In this document: positions 44,083 to 56,862 of the stretch, piece after piece
Position numbering within the stretch: position 1 is the first letter of the stretch
Layout: each line of letters begins with the position of its first letter
NCBI GenBank assembly: GCA_004431415.1
Contig: QPMI01000522.1
Coordinates: 1 to 64,000, forward strand
Origin: Cyanophora paradoxa CCMP329
Taxonomy: Eukaryota; Plantae; Glaucophyta
DNA length: 64,000 nucleotides
Reading direction: 5' to 3'
The notes under the pieces: model-generated
Seen by the model: only the letters and a program-made list of their open reading frames with translations
Told to the model about the DNA's origin: nothing
Database searches by the model: none
Translations under genes and position numbers: made by a program

Positions 44083-44751
44083 ATGAGCCGGAAGCGGGAC
44101 GATTCGGACCGGCTCGTCGCCAACGCGAAGCAGGTCAGTGCGCGCTGGCCACGGCCACGGCGGAGCTCGCCGAGTCGAGCCACTCAGCGGCTGAACCCCG
44201 ATCGCAAATGCGCCGCAAAAAGCGCCGCGGCGTACGGCTGCTTTGCTGCTTGCGGCTCAGTTCGCCCGCACAGGAAATATTCGACGCGGTCCACGACGCT
44301 TTCAAGGAGAAATCAGGCGGCTCGGCATCGCAAGAGGCCGAGCGCCGCATTGCCGACCTGCAGGACCAGAGCGAGGCGCGCCATTAGCTGTGCAGCAAAC
44401 TCAACTTCCGCTGAAATATGTTTCCGGGCAGAAATTCCGTCTGAAGCTGCGCAAGGTGGCCGCAGCCTCGAAGGGCTCGGCGGAGGCGCTCATCGCGAAG
44501 GCGGAGGCGGCCCTCGCGAGCGCCGAGCCCGAGGGGGAGACGCTCGCCAGCGACCGCTTCGAGGCCGATGTCGCGCACGTACAGCGCGCTTTCCAGGTGC
44601 GCATGCACTCAATTCGAAGGCGGGGCGCCAGAAATTTCGAGTTCTGACCCCTCCCCCGCGTGCGCAGAAGAGGATCAACGAGCTGGTGCAGCAGTCGGGC
44701 AAACGCCTGAAGAAGACGAGCAAGGTCCTCTCGAGCGAGCAGTTCGACTAG
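44083..44751 (+). CDS. Small hypothetical helical protein, multi-exon
   Basis: MSRKRDDSDRLVANAKQ / KFRLKLRKVAAASK...VQRAFQ / KRINELVQQSGKRLKKTSKVLSSEQFD*, with GT-AG boundaries. Confidence 0.5.
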   Translation: MSRKRDDSDRLVANAKQVSARWPRPRRSSPSRATQRLNPDRKCAAKSAAAYGCFAACGSVRPHRKYSTRSTTLSRRNQAARHRKRPSAALPTCRTRARRAISCAANSTSAEICFRAEIPSEAAQGGRSLEGLGGGAHREGGGGPRERRARGGDARQRPLRGRCRARTARFPGAHALNSKAGRQKFRVLTPPPRAQKRINELVQQSGKRLKKTSKVLSSEQFD

Positions 44752-44854
44752 CCGGCGCCCTCGCGCGCGCGCGCGGCTCACGCGGAATGCGCTCAATCTC
44801 GAATTGAACCAGGGAGGCGGGGCTCGGCTACTGCGCGTACGGCCGCCGCGCTGC

Positions 44855-47665
44855 CTAGAAGGAGATGACGAGGGAGGATTCGGCCTCCTCGAACTTGGCG
44901 CCCTTCACCTGCAGGCTCTTCAACCTGCGAGCCGGGCCGGGGGGAGGGATAGCTATAGGTCAGCGCCGCGGCGAGGGCGAGGCGGAGGAGGAAGAGCGCG
45001 GGGCGCACGCGGGGGGCAGGAAGAGGTTGCGGCGCTGGTCCCCCGCCTCGATGGTCAGCTCCGGGCCCGACTGCGAGAGCCGCACCTGCCCGCGCGCTTG
45101 GCTCTCAGCCACGTACAGCAGCGCGGGGCGGGGCGGGGCGGGCCGGGGCGGGGTGGGGCGGGCCTGGCCCTTGGAGAACCCGGGGAGGAAGAGGGTGACC
45201 TTCTTGGCCGCCGTGTCGATCGCCACGGGCTGCGGCGCCCCCTGCGCGACGGGCGTCAGCGCCCCAAGTCATCGGAGGCAGGGCCCCCCGGCTTGGCCGG
45301 GCCCCGGCATTCATCCCGGGAGCAGGCGCGGGAAGCTTCATTTCAAGGCTAGGAAGCCCGAGGAGGCTGGACTCCGGCTCGGCCCGGGTCTCCGGCTCCG
45401 GCCCGGGTCCCGTGATTTCAAGCTAGGAAAGCCGAGGAGGGCGGACCCTGGCGGCGGCGACGGGGTCCGGGAGGGCGGCGAGGGCGGCCTCCCAGCCGGC
45501 GCCCTCCGACGACGCCGACGCGGGGAGGGCGCCCAGCGAGGCCACCGGCAGCGGCGCCCACGCCTGCGCGCGGCGGGGCCGGCCCCAGTGAGGCGGGGCA
45601 GAAGGGAGGCGTCCTCGTGATGTGCGGCAGAACTTATGGCAGCCTAGGGCCTGCATGACGGCGGTGGAGGAGGAGGCGGCGTGACGTGCAACAGAGTCTA
45701 ATTGTCTAAGTGCCCGAGTGAGACGGGGCAGAAGGGAGGCCTCCTCGTGATGCGTGCGAAGCCTAGGGCCTGGCGGCGTTGAGGGGGCGACGTGACGTGC
45801 AACACGACCGGCCTCGGGTCTCCCGGGTACAGGGAAGGCGCGGGGGCGCACCGCGGCGTCGGGGGCGGAGGCGCCCGGGGCGAGCACGCCCCCGATCACG
45901 AGGCCAGCCTGCGAGCAGCCGGGTACGAGTTTGTTTGTTTGTTTGTTTGAAGGGGGGGGGGGGGAAGGGGGGGGGATGGAGGCGCCCACCTGCATGGCGG
46001 CGCCCCAGAGGGGCCGCAGGTCGGCCGCCGGCCCGGCGACCGCGGCCCCGCCGGGTACAAGGAAACCAGCCATCTTCCCGGGGCTCTGCGAGGAGCCTTA
46101 GGTATGGGGGGGGGTAGAGGGAAGGCGGGGAGGGGTACGGTGTAGGCAGCGGTGACGCGCTTGAGAAGGTCCTCCCCGTAGTCCAGCGGGCTGCCCCGGG
46201 CCCCTCGTCAGGTCGGGCCGTTTCCGAAGTATAGCTCGGACGAGGAAGGGGTGAGGAAGCTTGGGGCGGCAGAGAGATAGGGGTAGAAAAAGGAGGCTCT
46301 AGGGCCGAGCGGAGAGGGGGAGGGTACGGCGCGCCTGGAGGAGGATACCCCCGCCGAGGGGCTGACGACCGCCGCCGTTGCCGCCTGCCGCGCGGGCCCT
46401 CGGCTGGGGTACGGCATCGCGAGGAGGGGAGGGGGGTACGGGGCGCGCCTGGAAGAAGGGGAGCAGGGTACGGAAGATGTCCGAGTCCTCTACGATTCTC
46501 CGGAAGCGCCGGACGTACCAGCCGCTCACCTGAGGCCGCGATTCAGACCGCGTACACGTACCCCGCTCCACTCTTTTGTCCGCTGGGGCGCACCTCCGCC
46601 GCGCCGAAAATGCGGAGGGTGGTGAGGTCACCCGTGCCTGTGGTTGGCCGGCCCCTCGGGTCGTCAGTAAGACGGGCGGGCGGGGCCGGGTTCGAATGCG
46701 CGCACCGTCGTAGATGATCGCGTCGTACTTGTTCGAGCGGTCGATCTGCGGGGGGTGGGGGGTACGTCAGGGATCCGAGGGGGTACCGGTGCACACGATC
46801 CGCGGGCGGGCCTGCCAGAGAGCCGCGAGGCCGAGGGCGGGGTCCATTCCGGGGAGGACCGGCAGCTCGACGCCTGGCGGGTACGTGAATCTCGGGGGCG
46901 AGGGCGGGGTACGGGCCAATCGCACCGAAGACCTCCGAGTTCATCCCGGGGCGCTGGAAGGGTACCGCGAGGTACTTCTGCTCGAGCTCTGTACCCCGCA
47001 CGTGAGCCGCGGGCCGCGGCGCGGGGGCGCGTGGGCAGGGGGCAGGCGCGCCCTTCGTCAGCTCCCAGCCCTTCTCGAGGATCTGGGTGGACTGCGCGGC
47101 GGCGTGCGTGCGTGAGGGCCGACCCGCTGTCGCCGCGGCGCTTGGAAACGCGCGCGCGCACCCTCAGGTGCACGACTGAGACGTTCGGGGCGACCTCCAC
47201 GGGGTCCAGGGAGAGCGCCAGGCCCTCGTAGAACTTGGGGAGGGGGTTCTGCTGGACGGCGACGATGGCGCGCTTGCCCTCCGACGCGAACTTGCGGGCC
47301 AGCGCCATGGCGGCCTGCGCGCGGGCCTCCGGGCAGGGGCCCAGCGTGGTGCAGATGTACGCCTTGCCGGAAGTGAACTCCTTGGCCAGCTCCGCGCTCG
47401 GGCTAGCGGCGACGTGCGGCGGCACGCCACGTACGGGGCCGATGGGCCGTGCCGGCGCCGCCTGGAAGCTCCGCGTGCGCCGGCCGAGGAACGCGGACCG
47501 GCTGGCGGAGAAGTCGCTCGACGCCGCGCGCGGCCGACCGAGCGCACCGCCGCCACTCGGCGAAGCGCGGCAGCTCGCGTGGCACCGCGTCGCGGCCGCG
47601 GCGGGCTGGACTGCCGTACGCGTCGCTCTGGCCGTCGCCGAAGGGAGCAGCGGCTGCGCGAACAT
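44855..47665 (-). CDS. Plastid-targeted Get3d/ArsA-like protein with C-terminal alpha-crystallin-like domain
   Basis: Transit peptide MFAQPLL..., [60 protein letters not shown], GAKFE. Confidence 0.85.
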
Positions 47666-47863
47666 TGTGGCCGGGTTGAAGCTGCTGATGCAGCGCAGAC
47701 GTGCAGGAACGGCCTGACCGGTCTGGTTTCTCCCCCCCTCACCTGGGTACGAGAGAAAGTAGCGCGGCATCGGCTCGCGCTGTTCGCAGAGCTGGCGTTC
47801 CGTGGAGGCAACAGCGGCAAAGGCGGTTCTGTGTTGAATGAGTTGGTAGCATTCGGCCAAGCC

Positions 47864-49128
47864 ATGAAAGCTCACGAGAAAGTTGGGGATGTGCGTATTC
47901 GAATCCCGCGACCCCGCCCCGGCCCCTGCGACCGAGCGGCGATAGCGCTAACCCATGCACTTCTTCTTGAGCGTTTCTAACCCGCGCCGCGCCCTCCCTC
48001 CGCCCGCGCGCAGATCGAGGATGGGCTGGATAAGAAGGGCGATGATTTCGAGAAGGGCGCGGACTTTCCCTCGAAGCTGCAGGCCACCGTCGCGGTGAGC
48101 GCGGGGATGAAGCCCGAGACGCAGCGCATCGCGATGGCGGTCGCATTCTACTTCAGCACGTCCCTCTGCGTCGTATTCCTGAACAAGTACGTTATGAACT
48201 ACGCTGATGTGAAGGTGCGGTGCCTCGCCGCTGCCCTGCGCGCCCGCGCGCTGCCCCCAGCTGACCTCCGCCGCGCTCCCGCGCTCCGCTCCAGTTCCCG
48301 CATCCGCTGTTCATTACCTGGTTCCAGCTGCTGGTGGCGCTCTTTATGATCGTCGTGCTCGGCGAGATGTCCCGCTCCGTGCAGGCCCTTTCTTTCATGC
48401 CTCGCTTCGAGTTCAGCCTCGACAAGGCGAAGGCGGTCACCCCGCTGACCATCATCTACGTCGCGATGCTCGCCATGAACAACCTGTGCCTGCAGTACGT
48501 GGAGGTGTCCTTCTACCAGGTCGTGCGGTCGCTCAACATCTGCTTCAACATCGCCCTCTCGTACTACATGCTCAACCAGTCGATTAGCCAGCGCGTGCTC
48601 ACCTCGTGCGGTGTTGTGTTCCTTGGCTACGTCGTCGCGTCGTACGGCGAGGTCAACTTCTCGTGGATGGGCATCATCTACGGGATCCTTTCTTCCCTCT
48701 TCGTCTCCCTCAACTCGATCTACGTGAAGAAGGTGCTGCCGGCCGTCAACGGCGACACGTGGAAGCTCGCCATCTACAACACCGTCATCTCGATCTTCCT
48801 CCTCTTCCCTATCGTCCTCATGGCCGGCGACTTCACCGCGCTCCGCGAGTCCGGCCTCATCCGCAACCGCCACTTCTGGGCACTCAACACCATCACGGGC
48901 GTCTTCGGCTACCTCATCAACATCGCCACCTTCCTGCAGATCAAATTCACGAGCCCGCTCACGCACACCATCTCGGGCACGGCCAAGGCCATCGTGCAGA
49001 CCGTCCTCGGCGCCCTCCTCTTCCGCAACACCGTCTCGACCCTCAACGCCATCGGCAACGCAGTCTGCATCGGCGGATCGGCGTGGTATGCGCTCATCCG
49101 CCACCAGGAGATGCAGGCGGGCCGGTAA
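47864..49128 (+). CDS. Nucleotide-sugar transporter, GDP-fucose transporter (SLC35C1)-like
   Basis: VFLNKY, PLFITWFQ, NNLCLQYVEVSFYQVVRSL, QIKFTSPLTHTISGTAKA. Confidence 0.9.
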
Positions 49129-49641
49129 TCCCCTCCGTCGGGTGCGCCCCCCTCCTTCGCGCCCCCGCCTCCTCGCGCCGCCCGCTGACTTGCATCGCTC
49201 GCATAGTTAACAAGTTATGGCAATCGTCCAGCCAGGGACGCGCCCTGTATCCAATCGCAGTGTATTCGCTTTTCCTTTTGAATTCAAACCGCTTTCTTTT
49301 TTGAGTCCCCTGGCCTGCCCTTCTTAGCCTGCGTTCGCTTTAGACGTCGTTGGCGGGAACATGTGGACCTGCATCTGCATCTAGATGGGCAGCGGCAGAT
49401 CTCTAGATCCCGCTACTAGGCAACTGGGCGTGAGGCGGGCAAATGATCGGATCAAAGCTTCACTGCGACGCTCCCGGGCTTGCCGCGATGCGCCTCGAGC
49501 GCCTTCGAGCAGAATGTTAAAGATCTATATGAGAAGATGCATGAAGCTCGCTAGCTTACCAATGTTGGCCGCCGACGGGTAGGCGATCAATTTGCGCGTT
49601 CGCCTCGCGGGTTGAGCGGAGCGGCTGAGCGGCTGATACAA

Positions 49642-51517
49642 ATGCGACTAGAAGAGCTTCCCGATGACATTCTGCTATTCATCTTGCAGGCGGCGTACTC
49701 GTTCCCATCCGTCTTGCTCTGTCGAAGGGTCCGATGCGCCGGCGCGTGGCAGGAGTCGCACGCGTTCACGTCTTGCGTGCAGGTCTGCCGGAGGTTCAGG
49801 ATTTCCATCGACGGCAACGTCGCGGTGCTTGCGTCCGGCGTGGTCGAGGAGCCGCGGAGCTCGAGTCGCCAGCGCTCTGCCGAGCTTGCATCGGCGCTGC
49901 GCACGGCGAATCCGAGGAGCATCGACGCTCTTATCCTTCATCAGCGGTCCAACGCCGACGCGCTCCTCGGGGGCCTGCCGGACGGCTTGAGCTTGCGCTC
50001 TTACACCGGCCCGCTTTCGACGCCGGCTGCGGCGCGCCTCGCGGCGCGCTGCGGATCGCTGCAAGAGTGCGCGCTGAGATCGTTCTGGTATCGCCGAGCG
50101 CTCAGCTGCAGCTGACGGGGCGCAGGGTCCGCGTCCTTCGGGCCGATGTCGTAGGGCGCGTCGACGACCTGCTGCGGGCGCTGGCCGGAGCCGCGCAGCT
50201 GCGATCACTCGTGCTGGAAGCGGCCGAGCTGAGCGTCGGCGCCGCGGGCGTCGAGGCGCTCGCATCCATCCTTTCCCGCCCCGGCCTCGGCACCCTCCGC
50301 GTCGGCACCGCCGCGGGCCCGTCATCCAGCAGCGGCCCCGCGGATCCCTACCGGCTCTTCCTCCCGCTCCTGCGCGCCGTCCCCGGTGCGCCTGTTTGAA
50401 TCTCTGCGCGCCGCCCGCGGAGCCGAGCCGCTGAGCTCGCGCTCGCGATCGCCCAGGGGCGGCCGCCTCTCTCGGCGTCCTGGAGCTGCCCCTCAGCGGC
50501 GAGGACTGGCCGGCGGCCGTCGAGGCGGCCTCCCGGCTGCCCCTCCTCCGCTCCGCCCACTTCGTGCTCCTGAACAGGCGCCTTCCTCCCGGGGCCGGGG
50601 CGGCCGCGGCTGGCGGCCCGGCCCCCGCCGCCTCCGCCGCCGCCCCTTTGGCCTCCCTGCGGGAGCTCTCCATCACGTCCGTGGCGCCGCCGCTCCCGCT
50701 GGGCTCCGCGTGCCGCGCCTCGGCCGCGGGGCCCCTCTGCGCCGCCCTCCTGCCCCTGGCCCCCGCCCTCTCCTCCCTCTCCCTCAGGGGACCCCTCCCC
50801 GGCCTCGCGGACCTACGGGACTGCCTCTCGGCCGCTGCTGCCTCCGCCCCCGCGCTTGCGTCCCTCCGCGTCGCCGGCGTACCCCCCTCCGACCTCTGCT
50901 CCCCCGAGTGCCTCGCCCCCCTCTTCCGCCTCCGCCCCCTCGCCTCCCTCGACCTGGAGCTGGAGTTCGGCCCCCCCTGCCCCGTCGACGTACCCCCAGA
51001 GCAAGGCTGCCTCCCCCACCTGCGCTCCCTCTCGCTCTCCGCCCCCCCGTCCTCGGCCAACACGCCCGCCCTGAAACGGCCCCGCGTGGCGGCGGCCTCC
51101 GACCCCCTCGGACTGCTCTCTGCCCTCCTGCGCGCCTCGGGCGGGGCCCTTCGCGACCTTTCCCTCCTGGGAGCCTTCGCCCAGTTCGACGGCGCCCGCG
51201 TCGCCTCCCTCCTCTCGGCCCCGGGCTGCCCGCCCCTGCGGGCCTTCCGGGCGCCCCTCTGGTGGCACGACCAGCTTGCCCGCGCCCTCGCCGCCCTCCC
51301 GGCCTCGGTCGAGGAAGTCTCCCTTCTCGTCCCGCCCCTCGTAAAGGCCGGCGCCGGCCCCGCTGCCGCCGCCCTCGCCTCCGCCGGTGGTCTCCGGACC
51401 CTCCGGGTCGTCCTCACGGGCCCGGCCGCCGGCCCCGATGACTTCGACCTCGCCCCGTTCAGTCCACTGGCCACCCGCGGCGTCAGAGTCACCCTTGAGC
51501 GCGCCCCGCCCAGCTAG
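49642..51517 (+). CDS. F-box / leucine-rich repeat protein
   Basis: LEELPDDILLFIL...VCRRFR followed by LRxLxL repeats. Confidence 0.6.
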
Positions 51518-51908
51518 CTCGATCGAGCCAGCCCGTCCCTTCCGAAAATATTATTCCAAGTGACTTTGTCGCGTGCTCCTCATGCCCCTTCCAGCGCGCG
51601 GATAGATGCGCGCGCGGCGATCGTAAAGTGCATGCGCAAGGCGTGCGCGGAACTGAGCGGCTGAAAGAACAGGGCCGGATGTTGCACTAACCTCCAAGGC
51701 CCCATACATAACCCTATCTCCAAACTGCATCCTGTCTAAACGCAAAGCGGAAAAGAAAAGTTCCGGCCGGCATGTGACGCGGCGGCGGTCGCTCGATGTC
51801 CCGTCAAAAACGCCGCGGCTGCTGGCATGCCCTGGTGGAGGCCAGCTGATCGGCGCCGCCGAGAGTCCACGCACGCTCCAGAGAGGCTGACCGGCTGTTC
51901 TAATCCAT

Positions 51909-52795
51909 TTACTCGTCCTTCTTCTCCTCGCCCTCGAACGAGATCCCCATCTTGTCGAGGAGCGCGCGCGCGGGGGTGTCCGCGGACAGAGTGACGTACG
52001 CCTTCTTGCCAGACTTCAGGAACTTCTGGTCCGCGTGCCGGGTGCCCTTGCCGCGGGACTTCTTCGCCTCGTGGCTGCGCGCGCACAAGAGCTCGTCAGC
52101 GCTGCTCCGCGATACCGCGCACGAGATCCCCAGATATGCCCAAGGCCGCGATCCCGCGGCGGCGGACGAGCCCGGGGACAAAGAATCCGGCTAGAGAACA
52201 GAATCTAGGTGCGCAAAGAGCGCGGTGGAAATGTGACTCACACGTTGAGGGTGTTAACGCGGGCCACGCCGACGCCGTACACCTTCTCCAGCACTTCCCG
52301 GATCTGGGGCTTGGTCGCGCGGCGGTCGACCATGAAAGTGAGGGTCTTCTCCTCCTCCGAGAGCTTGAAGGTCTTCTCAGAGATCACGAGCTTCTTCAGG
52401 ATGGTGTTGAGATCCACACCAGTGCCGACCTCGCTCGCTGCGCGAGCGGAACAAGCGCGTCCACGGTGTCAGACGCATGCCTGAAGAGCCGGCGCGTGCG
52501 GGCGGCGAGCTCCGCCGCCGGCCAGCCGCGGCGGCCAGGCCTATCAAAAAATCTTGACGAACCGGGCACGCCCTTGCACTCGATCACGGCCGGCGCGGCC
52601 ACCGCACGCTCAGGCTTGCGGGAAACCAGCGACTTCGACGAGAAGAGGCTCTGCGCGGCCGGGCAGCTGGTGAGCAAATATCTCAATACCGCCGCGCGGC
52701 CCCGCTGCGGCGCTGCCGGGCGCCAGGCCTCTGCTATCTAGAGCATGACGCACGGAGCCGGAGAACGAGAAGATCGGGGCCTGAGCGAACGCCAT
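51909..52795 (-). CDS. rpl23: Plastid-targeted ribosomal protein uL23
   Basis: MAFAQAP transit peptide; [48 protein letters not shown]; KKAYVTL. Confidence 0.87.
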
Positions 52796-52941
52796 CTTTC
52801 GGCTGTGAACTGCCGCGAACTGGTACCCCTGCGCGGCTTCGTCCGGGGGTGTACAGCTTTTCAGTCTTGAAGCACCGGACCTCCTCAGTAGCTCCACTGT
52901 TCCAGCCATCAGCACAGCTAGTTGCTCCGGTAGCTCCTTGT

Positions 52942-53816
52942 ATGGCGCAGATGGCGCCCGCGCACCTCCCTGTCGTAGCGACCGACGAAGAGGGCGAGCG
53001 CCGGGAACGCTTCCCGTTCTGCGTTATCTGGACCTCGATCCCGCTTATCTCGTGGCTCGTCCCCGTCATCGGCCACATCGGCATCTGCCGGAGCGACGGG
53101 GTTCGCCAACCTGCCGCGCCCGCCTGCCTCGTGGCCAACCTGCCGCGCCCGCCTCAGGTGTCGCACGACTTTGCAGGTCCCTACTTTATTAGCGTGGACC
53201 AGCTCGCCTTCGGCCACGCGATGAAGTGCGCGATGCGCCCTCGCATCGCGGCGTCGCCGCTCCCGCCGACGCTCCGGTGCGCAGGTACTGGCGGCTGGAC
53301 CTCTCGCTCGTGCGGTCGAGGCCGAACATGTCGGCGGAGCAGACGTTCGACGCGTGCATAGAGGAGGGCATGGCCTGCTACGAGAAGATGATGTGTACGC
53401 GCCGCCCACCTCCCTCCACCCACCGCTCCGCCCTCACGCTTATATCGCCGCAGACAACTTCTTCTGCAACAACGTGCGCCTGCGCCGGCGAGCTGCGCTC
53501 GGCCCCTGCGCCCCCGCCTGACCGCCGCCCGCCGGCAGTGCCACTCGTACGTGGCGCGGTGCCTCAATTTGATGGAGTACGGGGGCCGCAAAGACTGGAC
53601 CATGTTCAGAGTGTGGCTCCATCTTACTATGCACTCCCGCTTCGTTAGGTGCGGCCGCCGCCGTCCCCGCCCCGGCCCGGGCCCCGGCCCCGGCCCCCGG
53701 GCGCGCCTCATGTGCCGCCTCTGCCCAGCGGGCGGCGGTTCCTAGAGTCGTACGGGGTATTCCTGGTGCTAGTGACCCTGGCCGCCCTAATCGCCGTCCT
53801 AGTCAAGACGTTGTGA
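52942..53816 (+). CDS. TMEM222 / RTE1-like (DUF778) membrane protein
   Basis: [64 protein letters not shown]. Confidence 0.9.
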
Positions 53817-54082
53817 GGGGCCCGGCCCGCCCCCCGGTGCGACCGGGCGCCTTACGCCTCCCAACGGCCCGATCCCTGACCATCTTTTCGCCGCAGCGGG
53901 CGATTCTGGGAGGCCTACCGCGTCTTCGCCGCAGGCGTCGTCCTCTTCCTGGTCTGGAAGCTCTTCCTGTGACCTGTACCTCACCACTCCTCCTCCGGAT
54001 CCGCACCTCCGATCCCCGCCCCTGCCCTCCCCCCTCCTTGCACAGTGCAATCTTTGAACCCGCCTCTGATCTGCGTGCCTGT

Positions 54083-56120
54083 CTACGGCTCCGGCTCCGG
54101 CGGGTCCTCGTCCGCTCCGACGTAGATGCGGGGTACGCGGGACGAAATCCCGGTGAGGACCTGCGCGGGTGGGCGGTCGGGAGGAGGCGAGGGGCGGGGG
54201 TACGCGCGCGCGGCCGGCCGGGCGGGGGTGCAGGGGGGCGCGCGGACCTCGTAGGGTATGGAGCCGAGCCACCCTGCGACGTCCTCGGCGCCGATGCGGC
54301 CGCTGCCGGCAGGGCCCGTCTGCTCCCCTATCACGACCACCTCGTCCCCGTTGTACGCCTGCGCCGAAAAAGCTGAGCGGCGGGAACGATAGGAGGGTGG
54401 GTAGGGGCGCGCGCCTCGCCCCAGCCGATGTTGACCATAGCCTGGTCCATGCAGACGCGCCCCACGACCTCGTAGCGCCCGCCCCGGATCAGCACTTGGC
54501 CCCTGTTCGAGAGGCCCCGCGGGAAGCCGTCCGCGTAGCCTATGGGGACCTGCGCGGAATCAGCGCGGGAAAAGGGGGGGGTACAGGGCGTGCCGTGACG
54601 ACCCGGATGCGGCTCGGTGCCCGCCACGTGTGCCCGTAGCTGACGGCCGCCCCTTCTTCGACCACCTTGGGTACGCCGCCCCTCAGCCGGGGAAGGGGGT
54701 ACAGAACGGAAGGGGATGGTGGTACCTTAAAGTACACGACCTTGGAGAGGAGGGAGAGGCAGGGGCGGAGCGGGAGGGGCCGGGAGCACTCCGAGGATGG
54801 GAGTACGCCATAGAGCGCGATGCCCGCACGGACCTGGGGAAAATCTTCAGAACGGGGGGTACTGGAGCAACGAGAAGGGGGGATACCATGTCAAAGTGGC
54901 AGTCGGGGAGCTGGAGGAGCCCCCCCGAGTTGGCGAGGTGCCGGATGGGGGGCGGCGGGGCCTGCCCAGCGATCAGAGAGGTGGCGCGGCGAGGATCACT
55001 TCAGAGCACGAGAACGACGGGGACCAGAAGGGGGAGGGGGGTACACGCACGCCGAGCTCGTCGTAGAGGGCGAGGGCCTCCCGGAAGCGCCCGAGCTGCT
55101 CGCGGGCCGAGGAGAGGTCCGCGGCGTCCGCCGCCGCGAAGTGGCTGTAGAAGCCCTCCACCTGTAGATAAAAATAGATTAGATAGGAGGGGGGCGGGGC
55201 TGGGGGCGGGGGCGGCCGGGCCTCGCAGTGGGTGGCGCGCTCGAGCGAGTGCTGGATGAAGGGCCGCGCCTTGTACCAGTGCACGCCCACGCGCTCCATC
55301 CCCGTGTCCACCTGCGCCCGCCCGTCGGATCGCGCGGGGGCGGCCGCGGCGCGGGGGGCCGGCCGGCCTACCTCCAAGTGGACGCGAGCTCGGACGCCGA
55401 GCGAGGCGGCGGCGGCGTCGATGAGCGAGAGCTTGTCGATGGAGTGCGCGGTGAGGGTCAGGCCGTGCTGCAGCGCCAGCTCCGCCTGCTCCCGCACGAT
55501 GCCGCCCAGAACCAGGATCGGCCGCTTGATGCCGGCCTGTCCGCGGCGGGCGTTTCATGATCAGCCGCGGCGCGCGGGCGGCGCGCGGAAGACGCGCGCG
55601 CCTTGCGGAGCTCCACGCCCTCGTCGACGATGGCGACGGCGAAGTAGGGCATGTCCGTGTGCTCCTCCAGGTACTTCGCGACGGGGACGAGCCCGTGTCC
55701 GTACGCGTTGGCCTTCACGACCGCCATGACCTTCGTGCTCCCGCCCACGTGCGCCTGGATCGCCTCGTAGTTGTCCCGCAGTGCGTCGAGGTCCACGACC
55801 GCGCGCGTTGGCCGCACGCCCCGCTCGTCCGCCTCCTTCAGGTCCAGCTCGCTCGCTCGGGACGTGCGCGCCCGAGGCGGCGGAGGCGGCTGCGGCTGCG
55901 ATCCCACATCTGCCGGCGCCGCGCTTGGCTCCGCCGAAGCTTCGAAGGCCACGGACGGCAGGCGCCGGTCAGCGGCCCTTCGAGGCCGATGCCGGAGCGG
56001 CGGGGCTGCAGGCGGGGTGCCGCATACGCGGCGCAGCAGAGGCACGCGATATGCACCAGCGGAACCGCCGATGCGGCTCGGCGGTGCGGGCCAGCCCAGA
56101 AAGGCCGAGGCCGCGCTCAT
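54083..56120 (-). CDS. alr: Alanine racemase with plastid transit peptide
   Basis: [25 protein letters not shown] (PLP lysine), [56 protein letters not shown]. Confidence 0.95.
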
Positions 56121-56862
56121 GGAGCTCACAGATGGCTGGATCGGCCCTGATCCACTCTGATCGATGTGCTCGGATGGTGCTAAGGATCCTCCTACTCATA
56201 TAACAACGATGCGCTTTGGCGCCGACGGAATCGCGCTGTACCCAAGATCAGCGATCGGTCCGGCTGAGCGTGCCCTATGAGGCCCTGCCCGCACGGGCAA
56301 GCGGCGTTGTTTGCCGCTGCGGCGCTGCCCGGCGCTCTGCTCCTGCTGCGGGCGTGGACCTACCCGCCGTCCCTCCCGTTTGCAGTGGCTTTCGTAGCCT
56401 TCCTCTCTATCTCCCTCGTGCTGAACGAATTGGCGATGGCGTCCTCGTACGACGGATCGCGTGCCCCGCTCTTGGATGCAGCGAGAGCTTCAGCGCCAGC
56501 TGCAGGCCCCCGGGGCCAGATCATGGCGTGTTTGGGGCGACTCTCTTCTCCAAGGCTCATGGCGGTCATCTTCACTTGGGGCGCGTTGTGCCTTGCGGCG
56601 TCGTTCGTTCCCGGTCTTGCAGCCGCCCCTCTCCCCGTCGTGCTCGGCGGCGCGGCGTCCCTTGCATACATCGCCGGCGGGGAGGGACTGGCGATATTTC
56701 GGCGGCTGCTGCGCTCGCCGCACGCGTACGCATCGCCGCTCCAACGGCGCGACCAGGGTCCGCCTCCCGCCCACCAGCTGCAGAGCGCGCTCGTTTTCAA
56801 GTTGCAATTTATACGCCCGCAGAGGAAGAGATCTCGCGCCTGAGGGACGCGGAGGAGGGTCG

